DNA of 64,000 bases from an uncultured Verrucomicrobiae bacterium (GTDB taxonomy: Bacteria > Verrucomicrobiota > Verrucomicrobiia > Chthoniobacterales > UBA10450), in the NCBI GenBank assembly GCA_963772365.1, contig CAVYXA010000003.1:640001-704000 (forward strand), read 5' to 3'. Below the pieces are notes generated by a model. That model was not told the DNA's origin. It saw nothing but the letters and a program-made list of their open reading frames with translations, and did not search any database. This document shows, piece by piece, positions 50,740 to 60,055 of the stretch. How positions within the stretch are numbered: position 1 is the first letter of the stretch; each line of letters begins with the position of its first letter. Position numbers and translations under genes: made by a program.

Positions 50740-51714
50740 TTACGCTCCCTGGTACACGTATTTGGTGAAGACGTCGCCGGAGATAAATTTGTGAGCCCAT
50801 TTGCTATCAAAGTTTGCGGTTGGCTTCGCGGCAATCGTTTCCTCCAATGATTTGCCTGCTTTCTTTAGCGCAGCGACCCGATCGTGAATTGTAACCAGCA
50901 TTTCCTGATATTCGGTTAACTCCGATTTTCTGCCGATCTTGCCGTGGCCGGGGATAATGATCGTTTTATCGGTGACCTTGGAGAGGTTCATCTCAGTGGC
51001 CTTGATCATCCCTTCGATGTTTCCGCCTGTGGAATAATCAATGAACGGGTAGAGGTGGTTCCACCAGGTATCTCCGCAGTGCAGCAGATCAGCTTCGACA
51101 AAGTGGACCGAGATATCGCCATCGGTATGGCTCGGCCCATAATACGCGAGGGCGATGGTAGTATTATTAGGATGCAATGTCTTATCGTCGTTGAAGACCT
51201 CGCCTGGGATCGCGTCGGGAGGCGACGGCGGAAACGTGTGGTCCCACGCCTCGACGCGGGTTGTGTTGGAAAGATGCTTTCTCGTATTTTCGTGAGCCAG
51301 AATTGACGCGCCCTCTGAATGCATCCAGGCGTTGCCGTCAGTGTGATCGAAATGCCAGTGCGTATTGATCAAATGTTTGATTGGATCAGAGCTGATCTGC
51401 TCCAAAGCTGCGGAGATCTGTTTGCGCGACGTTGAATAGCCCGCATCGATGATGACCTTGCCGTCCTGTCCAGTGAGGACAGCGATGTTTCCGCCCGATC
51501 CGATGAGCGCACTGATGTTTCGGCGCAGGCGCTGAGTGGTGATCTTAGCCGTGGCGGCGTGTTTCAATGCAACCACGACAATGTCCTCGGTTTGGGCGAA
51601 AAGAGGGTTCGGAGTGAACCATGCGCCGGCAGTGAGAAGACCAGCGGTTGTAATAAATTGGCGGCGGGAAAACGAATGACCATCTTCGATAAATAACTGT
51701 TGTTTTTGGGGCAT
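50740..51714 (-). CDS. Tat-exported MBL-fold hydrolase (cyclase-like)
   Basis: SRRQFI twin-arginine; NTHWHFDHTDGN, HTDGD, IPGHG. Confidence 0.9.
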   Translation of the reverse strand: MPQKQQLFIEDGHSFSRRQFITTAGLLTAGAWFTPNPLFAQTEDIVVVALKHAATAKITTQRLRRNISALIGSGGNIAVLTGQDGKVIIDAGYSTSRKQISAALEQISSDPIKHLINTHWHFDHTDGNAWMHSEGASILAHENTRKHLSNTTRVEAWDHTFPPSPPDAIPGEVFNDDKTLHPNNTTIALAYYGPSHTDGDISVHFVEADLLHCGDTWWNHLYPFIDYSTGGNIEGMIKATEMNLSKVTDKTIIIPGHGKIGRKSELTEYQEMLVTIHDRVAALKKAGKSLEETIAAKPTANFDSKWAHKFISGDVFTKYVYQGA

Positions 51715-51868
51715 AAATTTTTCCTCTTGATCCGAAAGTTCGCAAGACCGAATTCCGATCAAGAACCTTTCACAAAAGGAAACTAAGGAAAGGACGAACA
51801 GAACAGAGGTCAGAGGTCAGGTGGAGATGAGGGATTCCACCAGGGGACGTTTCTGCTAAGGTGGCGAA

Positions 51869-52348
51869 ATGAGATTTCTTGTTCCAATCTTATTATTTCT
51901 GCTCGCTTCGGTATCGGTTATTTCGGCTCAGCCAGTCGTTTTCATTGTGCGACATGCTGAGAAGGCGACCAATGATGCAAAGGATCCTGATTTGTCTGGA
52001 GCCGGGCGTAAACGCGCGCAGATACTGGCTGGTGTCCTGAAGAACGCGGCAATTGCTGAAATTTTCACGACTGAATTTAAGCGCACGAAAGAAACTGCGG
52101 CGCCTGTAGCGAAGGAACTTCGCATTGCTCCAACTGTCGTGCCGGCCAAAGAAATAGGGGTGCTGGTTTCAAAATTGCGTCACCTAAACGGTAACGCGCT
52201 TGTGGTCGGACACGGGAATACGATTCCGGATATTATCAAAGCACTCGGACTCGACATACCGGTTAACATTCCGGAAACTGATTACACCGAGTTCTTAGTC
52301 GTGATACTCGCGGGTAAACCGGAGCTTTTGCGTCTGCATTATCCCTGA
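51869..52348 (+). CDS. Secreted histidine phosphatase superfamily protein
   Basis: IVRHAEK, KRTKETA, LVVGHGNTIP. Confidence 0.88.
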   Translation: MRFLVPILLFLLASVSVISAQPVVFIVRHAEKATNDAKDPDLSGAGRKRAQILAGVLKNAAIAEIFTTEFKRTKETAAPVAKELRIAPTVVPAKEIGVLVSKLRHLNGNALVVGHGNTIPDIIKALGLDIPVNIPETDYTEFLVVILAGKPELLRLHYP

Positions 52349-52820
52349 AGAGATACAGGCTTTGTCTCCGGCGAAATAGGCGCACCCTGATGTTGATCTC
52401 GGATGTGACGGTTCGATGGACCGGACATTTAGCAGCCACATCCATCAGCATGGCGTGTTGCTCGGGCGTGAGATTTCCAGCAAGCTCGACATCAATATCG
52501 ACTCGATCGAGCATGCCTTCTTTGGTCTGACATTCATCGCAATCCCTGGCATGAATTCGTGAGTGCCACAGATATACGGAAACGCTCTCCAACGGCCACT
52601 TTCGTTGCCGCGCATACAATCCGACCATCATTGATGTGCACGCGCCTAAACCAGCCAGCACATAATCGTACGGATCCGGCGCGGCATTCGTGCCACCTGC
52701 GCTTTCGGGTTCGTCCGCACGGAAGGAATGTGAACCGCTGACAATTTCCTGCAGGAAGCTACGGGCGCTGCCCCGCACGACGACGTGCGGAGGCTCACGA
52801 TTTGTTTGCTGGACGGCCAT
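52263..52820 (-). CDS. OsmC family protein (3' end uncertain)
   Basis: ADEPESAGG...PDPYDY...LGACTSM...AAKCPVHRT. Confidence 0.88.
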   Translation of the reverse strand: MAVQQTNREPPHVVVRGSARSFLQEIVSGSHSFRADEPESAGGTNAAPDPYDYVLAGLGACTSMMVGLYARQRKWPLESVSVYLWHSRIHARDCDECQTKEGMLDRVDIDVELAGNLTPEQHAMLMDVAAKCPVHRTVTSEINIRVRLFRRRQSLYLFRDNADAKAPVYPRVSRLRTRCNQFPEC

Positions 52821-52956
52821 TGAAGAGTTCACACCGAAAAATAGAAACCAGAAATGAAGAAAGTGGGAAGCACAAAGTGGCGGGAGGGGCCGCCATAATC
52901 TGGGCCAAGCGTGCCTGGAAGTTTGACGCTTCGCGTGCCAGCAAATACGCTCGCTT

Positions 52957-53496
52957 ATGACCACAGTGCAGCCGCCGATTGATCTAAAAAACTGGATCGA
53001 AAACAACCGAGACAAGTTCCAACCGCCGGTAAGTAATCTCTATCTCTACGACGGGCGCGATTTTTTTGTGATGGTAATCAAGGGGCCAAATGCTCGAAAC
53101 GATTTTCACAAGGTCGATTCCGAAGAGTATTTTTATCAGCTCAAGGGCGACATCAAAGTTCGCATTCGAGACGGCGACAAGATTGTCGATCATCTGGTGA
53201 AAGAGGGGGAAACGTTTTTCATTCCGCCCAATGTCCCCCATGCGCCAGTGCGCCCGCCGAATACGATCGGCGTGGTCGTGGAGCGGCGTCGTCCTCCGGG
53301 CGAACACGAGCACGTGATCTTCTATTGCGAGAATTGCGGCGCGCTGGTTGAGGACATCGATTTCGATTGCGCCGATATCGTGGAGCACTTCAGCAAGGCC
53401 ATGCTCGATTTTTGGAATGATAATGCGCGGCGAACCTGCAAGAATTGCGGCGCAAAAGTTCCGAAGCCCGAGCCGACGAAGCCGTTCGAGTCATGA
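52957..53496 (+). CDS. nbaC: 3-hydroxyanthranilate 3,4-dioxygenase
   Basis: GPNARNDFH, EEYFYQLKG, VPHAP, VVERRR, YCENC...CKNCG rubredoxin-like site. Confidence 0.93.
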   Translation: MTTVQPPIDLKNWIENNRDKFQPPVSNLYLYDGRDFFVMVIKGPNARNDFHKVDSEEYFYQLKGDIKVRIRDGDKIVDHLVKEGETFFIPPNVPHAPVRPPNTIGVVVERRRPPGEHEHVIFYCENCGALVEDIDFDCADIVEHFSKAMLDFWNDNARRTCKNCGAKVPKPEPTKPFES

Positions 53497-53497
53497 T

Positions 53498-53547
53498 TGT
53501 AGGGCGTTTCTGTGAAACGCCTGGGCGGCTGGCACAGACGTCCTACA
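53498..53547. repeat. GTAG-type REP doublet
   Basis: TGTAGGGCGTTTCTGTGAAACGCC...CACAGACGTCCTACA. Confidence 0.7.
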
Positions 53548-53548
53548 G

Positions 53549-54586
53549 ATGAAGATCGACATCCACACCCACATCCTGCCGCGGGAATGGCCTGACCTGG
53601 ACAAAAAGTACGGCTATCCGGGTTTCATCAGATTGGAGCATTGTGATGAATGCAGCGCGCGGATGATGATGGGCGATCGTGTGTTTCGTCAGATCAGCGA
53701 CAATGTTTGGGAGCCAAAGCGACGCATCGAAGAGATGGATGCGGCCGGCGTTACCGTGCAGGTGCTCTCAACCGTTCCGGTGATGTTCAGCTATTGGGCG
53801 AAGCCGCACGACACTCTCGATCTTTCGCGGTTGCTGAATGATCACATCGCCGAAGTGGTTCGCGCGCTTCCCAAACGATTCGTCGGGCTCGGGACGGTCC
53901 CATTGCAAGATGTCGACCTTGCCGCAGAAGAGATGGAGCGATGTGTTCGGCAGCTGGGCCTGCGGGGGGTCGAAATCGGGACCCACGTCGATCCTAACGA
54001 TCATTGTCATGGGCCTGAATGCCGGAACCTCGATCACTCGTCACTCGATGTGGTTTGGAAGACCGCGGAGCAACTTGGCGCCGCGATCTTTATTCATCCC
54101 TGGGACATGATGGGCAGAGAGCGGATGCCGAAATACTGGCTCCCGTGGCTGGTAGGAATGCCGGCCGAAACTTCCCTGGCGATTTGCTCGATGATTTTCG
54201 GTGGCGTATTTGAGCGGTTTCCAAGATTGCGTGTTGCTTTCGCCCACGGCGGCGGCGCGTTTCCAGGAACCATCGGCCGTATCGAACACGGATTTCACGT
54301 GCGACCCGATCTGGTCGCGATCGATAACAAAACCGAACCGCGGAAATATCTCGCGCAAGAGAATGCGCCGGCCAGATTCTATGTTGATTCACTCGTCCAC
54401 GATTCGGAGGCGTTGCGAATGTTGATCAAGTTGTTCGGCGCGGAGCGAGTCGCTCTCGGTTCGGATTATCCATTTCCTCTCGGTGAAGAGCGCGCCGGCA
54501 CACTCATTGAATCGATGAAATTGTCCGACAAAGAAAGATCACAATTATTGTCGGAAACCGCCCGCGAATTACTCGGGTTGTCTTAG
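53549..54586 (+). CDS. nbaD: 2-amino-3-carboxymuconate-6-semialdehyde decarboxylase (ACMSD)
   Basis: DIHTH, LSTVPVMFSYW, HPWDM, WLVGMPAET, AHGGG, GSDYPFPLGE. Confidence 0.92.
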   Translation: MKIDIHTHILPREWPDLDKKYGYPGFIRLEHCDECSARMMMGDRVFRQISDNVWEPKRRIEEMDAAGVTVQVLSTVPVMFSYWAKPHDTLDLSRLLNDHIAEVVRALPKRFVGLGTVPLQDVDLAAEEMERCVRQLGLRGVEIGTHVDPNDHCHGPECRNLDHSSLDVVWKTAEQLGAAIFIHPWDMMGRERMPKYWLPWLVGMPAETSLAICSMIFGGVFERFPRLRVAFAHGGGAFPGTIGRIEHGFHVRPDLVAIDNKTEPRKYLAQENAPARFYVDSLVHDSEALRMLIKLFGAERVALGSDYPFPLGEERAGTLIESMKLSDKERSQLLSETARELLGLS

Positions 54587-54589
54587 CTT

Positions 54590-54671
54590 GTCATCCTGAG
54601 CGAAGTCGAAGGATCCCGTGGAACGGGCTTAAGTTTAAGCAACGGGATTCCTCGACTCCGCTCGGAATGAC
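54590..54671. repeat. GTCATCCTGAGCGAAG-type hairpin between convergent genes (possible bidirectional terminator)
   Basis: GTCATCCTGAGCGAAGTCGAAGGATCCC...GGGATTCCTCGACTCCGCTCGGAATGAC. Confidence 0.8.
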
Positions 54672-54675
54672 GGCC

Positions 54676-55353
54676 TTATTTGGAAATCGTTCTTAGCACC
54701 GCTCGCACTGGGCTGGCATCGAACCCGGCCAATGGCAACGGCAATGCGATCAGTTCGTAAATCCCTTCGGGAACATCCTTCAGCACAAGACCCTCGAGGA
54801 TTGACATGTGGTGTTTGAGCATCGCTTTATGTGCCGGCAGATCTTTGGAATCGAAGAGATCAATGCTTGGTGTGTCGATCCCGATCGTGATCACGCCGCG
54901 CTCGTGTAGAAAATCAATCAGCTCGACCGAAAGAGCGGCGAAATCCGTATTCCAATTTTCGGGTTCGGGAAAAGTTCCCGTAGCAAAGAGCACTCGAGGG
55001 TGGATCGCGATCTCCGAGCGCGAGGTTGACCCAGCCCCGCCAACCGCGGGCAAATTCGCAAGCATCGCCGGCGTAATCCGCGTCGCACGCGGAACATTCA
55101 CCCGAATGACCTGACACGGCCCGATGTAGTAATCGAGTGATCGCTCGTCAATCGAGGGCGCACCGCGTCCGTAGTGATTGGGTCCATCGGCGTGCGCCCC
55201 GAGATGCACTGTCGAGCGTAAGGTCGAAAGGGTCACGCTATCTCCGCCCGCAATATCCATTATGATTTCGCGTGTCGGCGATGTGTCGCCGGGCCAAACC
55301 GCGAGCTTCGACGTGATCGGCGGCGAGATGTCAAAGAGACTGACGAGTGACAT
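54676..55353 (-). CDS. kynB: Kynurenine formamidase (cyclase family)
   Basis: DISPP...VWPGD, HLGAHADGP, GIDTPSID, ILEGL, YELIALPL...DASPVRAVLR; next to kynA. Confidence 0.9.
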   Translation of the reverse strand: MSLVSLFDISPPITSKLAVWPGDTSPTREIIMDIAGGDSVTLSTLRSTVHLGAHADGPNHYGRGAPSIDERSLDYYIGPCQVIRVNVPRATRITPAMLANLPAVGGAGSTSRSEIAIHPRVLFATGTFPEPENWNTDFAALSVELIDFLHERGVITIGIDTPSIDLFDSKDLPAHKAMLKHHMSILEGLVLKDVPEGIYELIALPLPLAGFDASPVRAVLRTISK

Positions 55354-55408
55354 GTGGCGAGTGACAAGAACGCGATCTCTCTTGTCATTCGTCACTCATC
55401 ACTTGTCA

Positions 55409-56203
55409 CTACATTTCATGCCGTATCGCCCAAAGATCGGGAAATATCGGCCTGAAGAGCGATTCCTTTAGGAACGGCACACCTGGCGATCCGCCAGTTC
55501 CTTTCTTCGCTCCAATGGTGCGCTCAACCAATTTGATATGGCGGTAGCGCCACTCTTGAAGGCCCTCATCAAAATCGGTCATCAGCTCAAACAGGATCGA
55601 CATCTCCGGTGATTCTTTGTACAGGCGCAGAATCTCCTGCTGCACTTGTTCGTTTGGCTCATTCGGCTGGGTGATATCGCGCTTTTTCAGCTCGTCCGGA
55701 ATCTTTGCTCCGCGCGTCTGCAGAAAGTCGTAGAAATGATCCACCACAGTTCGTTCAGCGAGTCGTTTCTGAAGCCGATCATAACCCGGATAGTCCGGCT
55801 TCACGTACTTAAGCGTAGAAGCGCGCTTGTATCCCAATTCAAACTCAACCTCGCGAAATTGGATCGATTGAAAACCCGAGGCCGTGTCGAGGCGGTCGCG
55901 AAAACTGGAGAACGACGTAGGCGTCATGGTTTCGAGGATGTCGATTTGGGCCACGAGAACCTTCATGATTGTGCGGACGCGTTTAAAGGAATGGATCGCG
56001 CCGAATAATTCGCCGGCGGAGAAATCGCGTTTTATTTTATCGAATTCATGCAGCGTTTCTTTGAACCAAAGTTCGTAAGTCTGATGAATGATGATGAACA
56101 ACATCTCATCGTGCTCAGCCGGGCTCGATCGCGGATGCTGGAGATCGAGAAGTTTCTCCAGATCGAGATAACTGGCGTAGGTTAAAGGCGGCATCGTGTC
56201 CAT
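55409..56203 (-). CDS. kynA: Tryptophan 2,3-dioxygenase
   Basis: TYASYLDL, HDEMLFIIIHQTYELWFK, ASGFQSIQFR, WRYRH, GTGGS. Confidence 0.96.
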   Translation of the reverse strand: MDTMPPLTYASYLDLEKLLDLQHPRSSPAEHDEMLFIIIHQTYELWFKETLHEFDKIKRDFSAGELFGAIHSFKRVRTIMKVLVAQIDILETMTPTSFSSFRDRLDTASGFQSIQFREVEFELGYKRASTLKYVKPDYPGYDRLQKRLAERTVVDHFYDFLQTRGAKIPDELKKRDITQPNEPNEQVQQEILRLYKESPEMSILFELMTDFDEGLQEWRYRHIKLVERTIGAKKGTGGSPGVPFLKESLFRPIFPDLWAIRHEM

Positions 56204-56331
56204 ATTAGACGTTGAGGAACAGATGACAAAATCTGTTTCGCGCGGTTGCGACTGAAACATTTCGCTCGCATGCGGCTAACATTTTCTTGGTTGGCCGAAC
56301 CAGAATCTCTCTGGTAACAAATGCGCATTGC

Positions 56332-57273
56332 ATGCAACCGCACGCGAAATCGTTTTATGTTGTGTTCGCCATCGTAGCCTTGCTGGTCATTCCAGCAGCG
56401 ATCGCACTGCACACCGTCGTTCATCCCGACATTTTGCAGCCAACTTCAGATAATCCGACGCCGCTGGGATACACCTGGAGCTTGTTGCTCTTCATCATCC
56501 CAATCGGCGCGCTGGCCTGGTGGTTTGCCTGCCGGCCGGACCTGCAATTCCCGCGAAAAGCATTTTGGAGAACGATCGGCGTGCTCGCGCCGCTCGGTTT
56601 CGCCCTCGATCTGCTCTTCGGCAACTCGTTCTTCATTTTTCCAAACGAGCCGGCCACGCTTGGCTGCGACGCTCCTGCAATCGGTGGCGGAATTCCGATC
56701 GAGGAATTCGTGTTCTATCTAACGGGATTCATGCTCGTGCTGCTCAGTTACATTTGGTGCGACGAATATTGGATGGCCGCTTATAACGTCCCCGATTACA
56801 AAGCCGCGGCCGAAGGCATACTGCGCATAGTCCGGTTTCATTTTGCTTCCGTCGTCCTTGGAGCGGCCCTGATCGCAGCCGCCATCGTGTATCGAAAATT
56901 CTTTTCCGGCGATCCGGAAGGTTTTCCCTGGTATTTCGTTTATCTCGCCTGCGCGTCGCTTATTCCGTCGGCCGGATTTTTTCACACCGCGCAGCGTTTC
57001 ATTAACTGGCGCGCATTCAGTTTTACATTTTTTCTTATTCTCCTGATCAGTTTGCTTTGGGAAGTGACGCTCGCGTTGCCGTACGGCTGGTGGGAATACC
57101 GGCCACAGATTCTAATGGGGCTGCACATCGGCGCGTGGTTCGGTCTACCGATCGAAGCGGCGTGCGTTTGGCTGGCCGTGACGTTCACGACCGTGATCAC
57201 CTACGAGGTGATCAAAATATGGAAAGCGCTCGGGACGCGCGCGCTTGAGGCGTTCTTCGGGACCGGAAAATAA
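56332..57273 (+). CDS. Membrane protein with two lycopene-cyclase-domain-like repeats
   Basis: Duplicated TM unit ending GIPIEEFVFY / GLPIEAACVW. Confidence 0.6.
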   Translation: MQPHAKSFYVVFAIVALLVIPAAIALHTVVHPDILQPTSDNPTPLGYTWSLLLFIIPIGALAWWFACRPDLQFPRKAFWRTIGVLAPLGFALDLLFGNSFFIFPNEPATLGCDAPAIGGGIPIEEFVFYLTGFMLVLLSYIWCDEYWMAAYNVPDYKAAAEGILRIVRFHFASVVLGAALIAAAIVYRKFFSGDPEGFPWYFVYLACASLIPSAGFFHTAQRFINWRAFSFTFFLILLISLLWEVTLALPYGWWEYRPQILMGLHIGAWFGLPIEAACVWLAVTFTTVITYEVIKIWKALGTRALEAFFGTGK

Positions 57274-57281
57274 CCCCTTCG

Positions 57282-57725
57282 TTACTTCAGCACCGCCTGA
57301 TGAAACTCGTACCAATCGTCGAGATTGTTTAGATTAACCGCGTCCTTCGGAGCCGAAGCGTCATCGGGAATAGCGCAATTGCCGAGAACGTTTTTGCGGG
57401 TTTCGTCGTCGTGATTGTAACCGCGCACCGCCGCGTTGTGTTTCTCGATCGATTGTCGATCTAACGACTTTGCGTTCTTTTTTACCCAGGCCTCGAACTG
57501 CGGATAGGTTGGCTTGTTTTGCTTGATGAAATCTTTGACGGCTTGTTCGTCGAGGCCGAGCGCGGCGCACGTCATCGCATCGAAACCTCTGCCGATCCCA
57601 GGATAACCGGCGGCGAGTTTGCCCTGCGATTCGGGTGAAACCTTCTGCCACATCCGCGGCAAATGCAGAACGCCGAGTGGACCGGCCGTGCCGGAACTAA
57701 TCATTGGAACGTAAGTGTTGGCCAT
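57282..57725 (-). CDS. DUF5069-like protein
   Basis: GPLGVLHLPRMWQK...GFDAM...LGLD...NNLDDW. Confidence 0.6.
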   Translation of the reverse strand: MANTYVPMISSGTAGPLGVLHLPRMWQKVSPESQGKLAAGYPGIGRGFDAMTCAALGLDEQAVKDFIKQNKPTYPQFEAWVKKNAKSLDRQSIEKHNAAVRGYNHDDETRKNVLGNCAIPDDASAPKDAVNLNNLDDWYEFHQAVLK

Positions 57726-57823
57726 ATGGGGAAAAGTTAGAGTTAAAGTGTTTATAAATCAGCGGCGATAATACAATCCAATTCAGAATATCCGAATCAG
57801 CAAATCATGCTTTCGCCAAAGAA

Positions 57824-58702
57824 TCACAGACTTCGGAGTAACTGCAACATGCTTCGGTGAAAGTTGGTTTCCGAGCTGTTGTATCCTTCATGCTTCAGCC
57901 GCGTCTCTCCTGTACGATCGATTATCACCAGAGATGGAAAGCCACTGAAACCGAAGGCAGCATGTGCCTTTCCGGCCGGATCGAATGCCAAGGGCAATCC
58001 AATCGGGTGTCGTTTGTCGAGTTGCCGGAATCGTTGGGGTGTGTCCCCGCCGGCATTGGTCGCCACGACGACGAATTCGATGTCCGGCCGATCCCGCAAT
58101 TCCTTCCGGATCGCGCTGAGCTCCGGTAGTTCTTCTTTGCATGGCCGGCACCACGTGGCGAAAAAATCAATCACCAGGATCTTTCCAGCGGTAGCTGTTC
58201 GAGGAACATTTCCGTCGCTCACCGGATCAAACTGGAACGCCGGCGAGGGATCTTTGCCGAGGTGAGTCATTACCCGCTGCATTTGGTTTGGAACGTAGAC
58301 AAGGCAATACCATATTGAGAAAGCTGCGACCGCAATCGTTGCGCCAATGATTAATCCTCTGGGTTGAGCCGCTCGAAAGAAAAACAGCCCGATGAACGTC
58401 GCTGCCGGCCAGATCAAAAGAGTTGGCCACAAGGACGGCAGTTGTCGAACAACAAAAAGAACAAAGACCGCGCCAAGCGGCAGACAAAGAAGCGCTCCGT
58501 CAATCCAGGCAGAAAGGATGCTTGTCCTGACCAAGAAAGCGCAAGCGAGCAGGAGAACCGCGCCAAGCGCGATGAGTAAACGGAGGTCGGTGAAAAACAC
58601 CGTAAGACCGACCATTACCGTAACGATTAGCAGGCCGAGACCAAGGGAACGCAGGCATTGAACCGTGATTCCGCGCTTCGATAATTGTCTGGTTACGGCC
58701 AT
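57824..58702 (-). CDS. Membrane-anchored TlpA-family thiol:disulfide oxidoreductase
   Basis: Several TM helices then DFFATWCRPCKEELP and GFPSLVIIDRTG. Confidence 0.9.
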   Translation of the reverse strand: MAVTRQLSKRGITVQCLRSLGLGLLIVTVMVGLTVFFTDLRLLIALGAVLLLACAFLVRTSILSAWIDGALLCLPLGAVFVLFVVRQLPSLWPTLLIWPAATFIGLFFFRAAQPRGLIIGATIAVAAFSIWYCLVYVPNQMQRVMTHLGKDPSPAFQFDPVSDGNVPRTATAGKILVIDFFATWCRPCKEELPELSAIRKELRDRPDIEFVVVATNAGGDTPQRFRQLDKRHPIGLPLAFDPAGKAHAAFGFSGFPSLVIIDRTGETRLKHEGYNSSETNFHRSMLQLLRSL

Positions 58703-58745
58703 TTATCATTCGATGCACCGGCATGTATCTTTGGATTCAATTATC

Positions 58746-59966
58746 TTACTTCATGACGTTTAAATAATATTCATCCCAGGCTGCGGGAATGGATTCTCGA
58801 GAACTGTAGGGGCCCGGCTCGTAGGCGCGTGACGCAATTCCCAGCTGGCTCAGCTCGCACATGTGCCAATCCTGTTTGTTCGTCATGTCCCAGAACTCGA
58901 TCGCGTCGTCGGGATTAAAATCCTTTCGCTCAAATGCCTGAGGATGAAAAAACCAATCGCACAGGATCAACGTCCGTTCCGGCGACTGCGGCCAGAGCTG
59001 ATGCACCATCACATATTCCGGATGTATCGAGAGGAGCATGTTCGGAAAGATCGAGTAATAGAAAACAATTTGGGGCTCATGGTCAGGTCCGCCACCGGAC
59101 GGACTCGCCGTGGCGAGCTCTCTATTGCCCGCTCTAATTGGCAGCGCGCAAGCATTGCCACTCATAGTCAGGCTCTTGCCCGCATTGATCTTCATGAATC
59201 CGCCGAGAAACGGTCCTTCAGTCAAATCGTTCTCCGCCGAATCGTACGGCGAAACTTTCTGCAACTGCGGATGCACGCCCGGGCAGTGATAACACTCCGA
59301 GTAATTCTCGAACATCAACTTCCAGTTCGCCCGCACGTCGTACTCGATCCGTTTCGCCGGTTGCAAGATCGATATGTTCCAATCCGAAAATTTTCTGGCG
59401 AGCGGAGCAAGCCATTCTTCGAGAGTCGGTACCTCATCCCGCCTCTCTCCTGCCGGGAGAGACGGACGCGAAGCGCCAGTGAGGGTCTCCGTTTCTGTGA
59501 GATTTACAAAAATGAATCCTTCCCAAATCCCGAGGTTCACCGGCTTCAACGAATAATCAGCCTTATCAAACCCCGACACCTCATCCATGTGCGGCGCGCC
59601 GATCAATCGACCGTCCAGCGCATACGTCCACGCGTGATATGGACATTGGATCGCGGACAAATGTCCGTTTCTTTCTTCGCACAATCGGGAACCGCGATGC
59701 CGGCACACATTGAAGAACCCGCGAACCTCGCCACCTTTGTCCCGAACTACGATTAGCGATTCACGATTCACTTCCTGGACGATGTAATCGCCAGGATCCG
59801 CGATCTGACTCTGATGCCCGACAAGCAGCCACTTTTTCGAAAAAATTTTCGTCTGCTCGTCGGAGAAAACCTCCGGCGAAACAAAGTACTTTTGCGAAAG
59901 CGACTTTGCTCCATGCGCAAAACGCTCGGTCGTCTTGCGGAAGATCGGAATCCTCTTTGCCTGCAT
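58746..59966 (-). CDS. Rieske ring-hydroxylating oxygenase alpha subunit (choline monooxygenase/GbcA-like), two in-frame repeat insertions
   Basis: NVCRHRG, CPYHAW, ANWKLMFENYSECYHCPGVHP, QDWHMCE. Confidence 0.93.
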   Translation of the reverse strand: MQAKRIPIFRKTTERFAHGAKSLSQKYFVSPEVFSDEQTKIFSKKWLLVGHQSQIADPGDYIVQEVNRESLIVVRDKGGEVRGFFNVCRHRGSRLCEERNGHLSAIQCPYHAWTYALDGRLIGAPHMDEVSGFDKADYSLKPVNLGIWEGFIFVNLTETETLTGASRPSLPAGERRDEVPTLEEWLAPLARKFSDWNISILQPAKRIEYDVRANWKLMFENYSECYHCPGVHPQLQKVSPYDSAENDLTEGPFLGGFMKINAGKSLTMSGNACALPIRAGNRELATASPSGGGPDHEPQIVFYYSIFPNMLLSIHPEYVMVHQLWPQSPERTLILCDWFFHPQAFERKDFNPDDAIEFWDMTNKQDWHMCELSQLGIASRAYEPGPYSSRESIPAAWDEYYLNVMK

Positions 59967-60055
59967 TTTTTACCCGCAGATTACGCGGATAGCACACACT
60001 AGAGTCAATTAGGAAGCCAGGAAAACATGAAATGCAATCGAAGTAACGTACGGCA

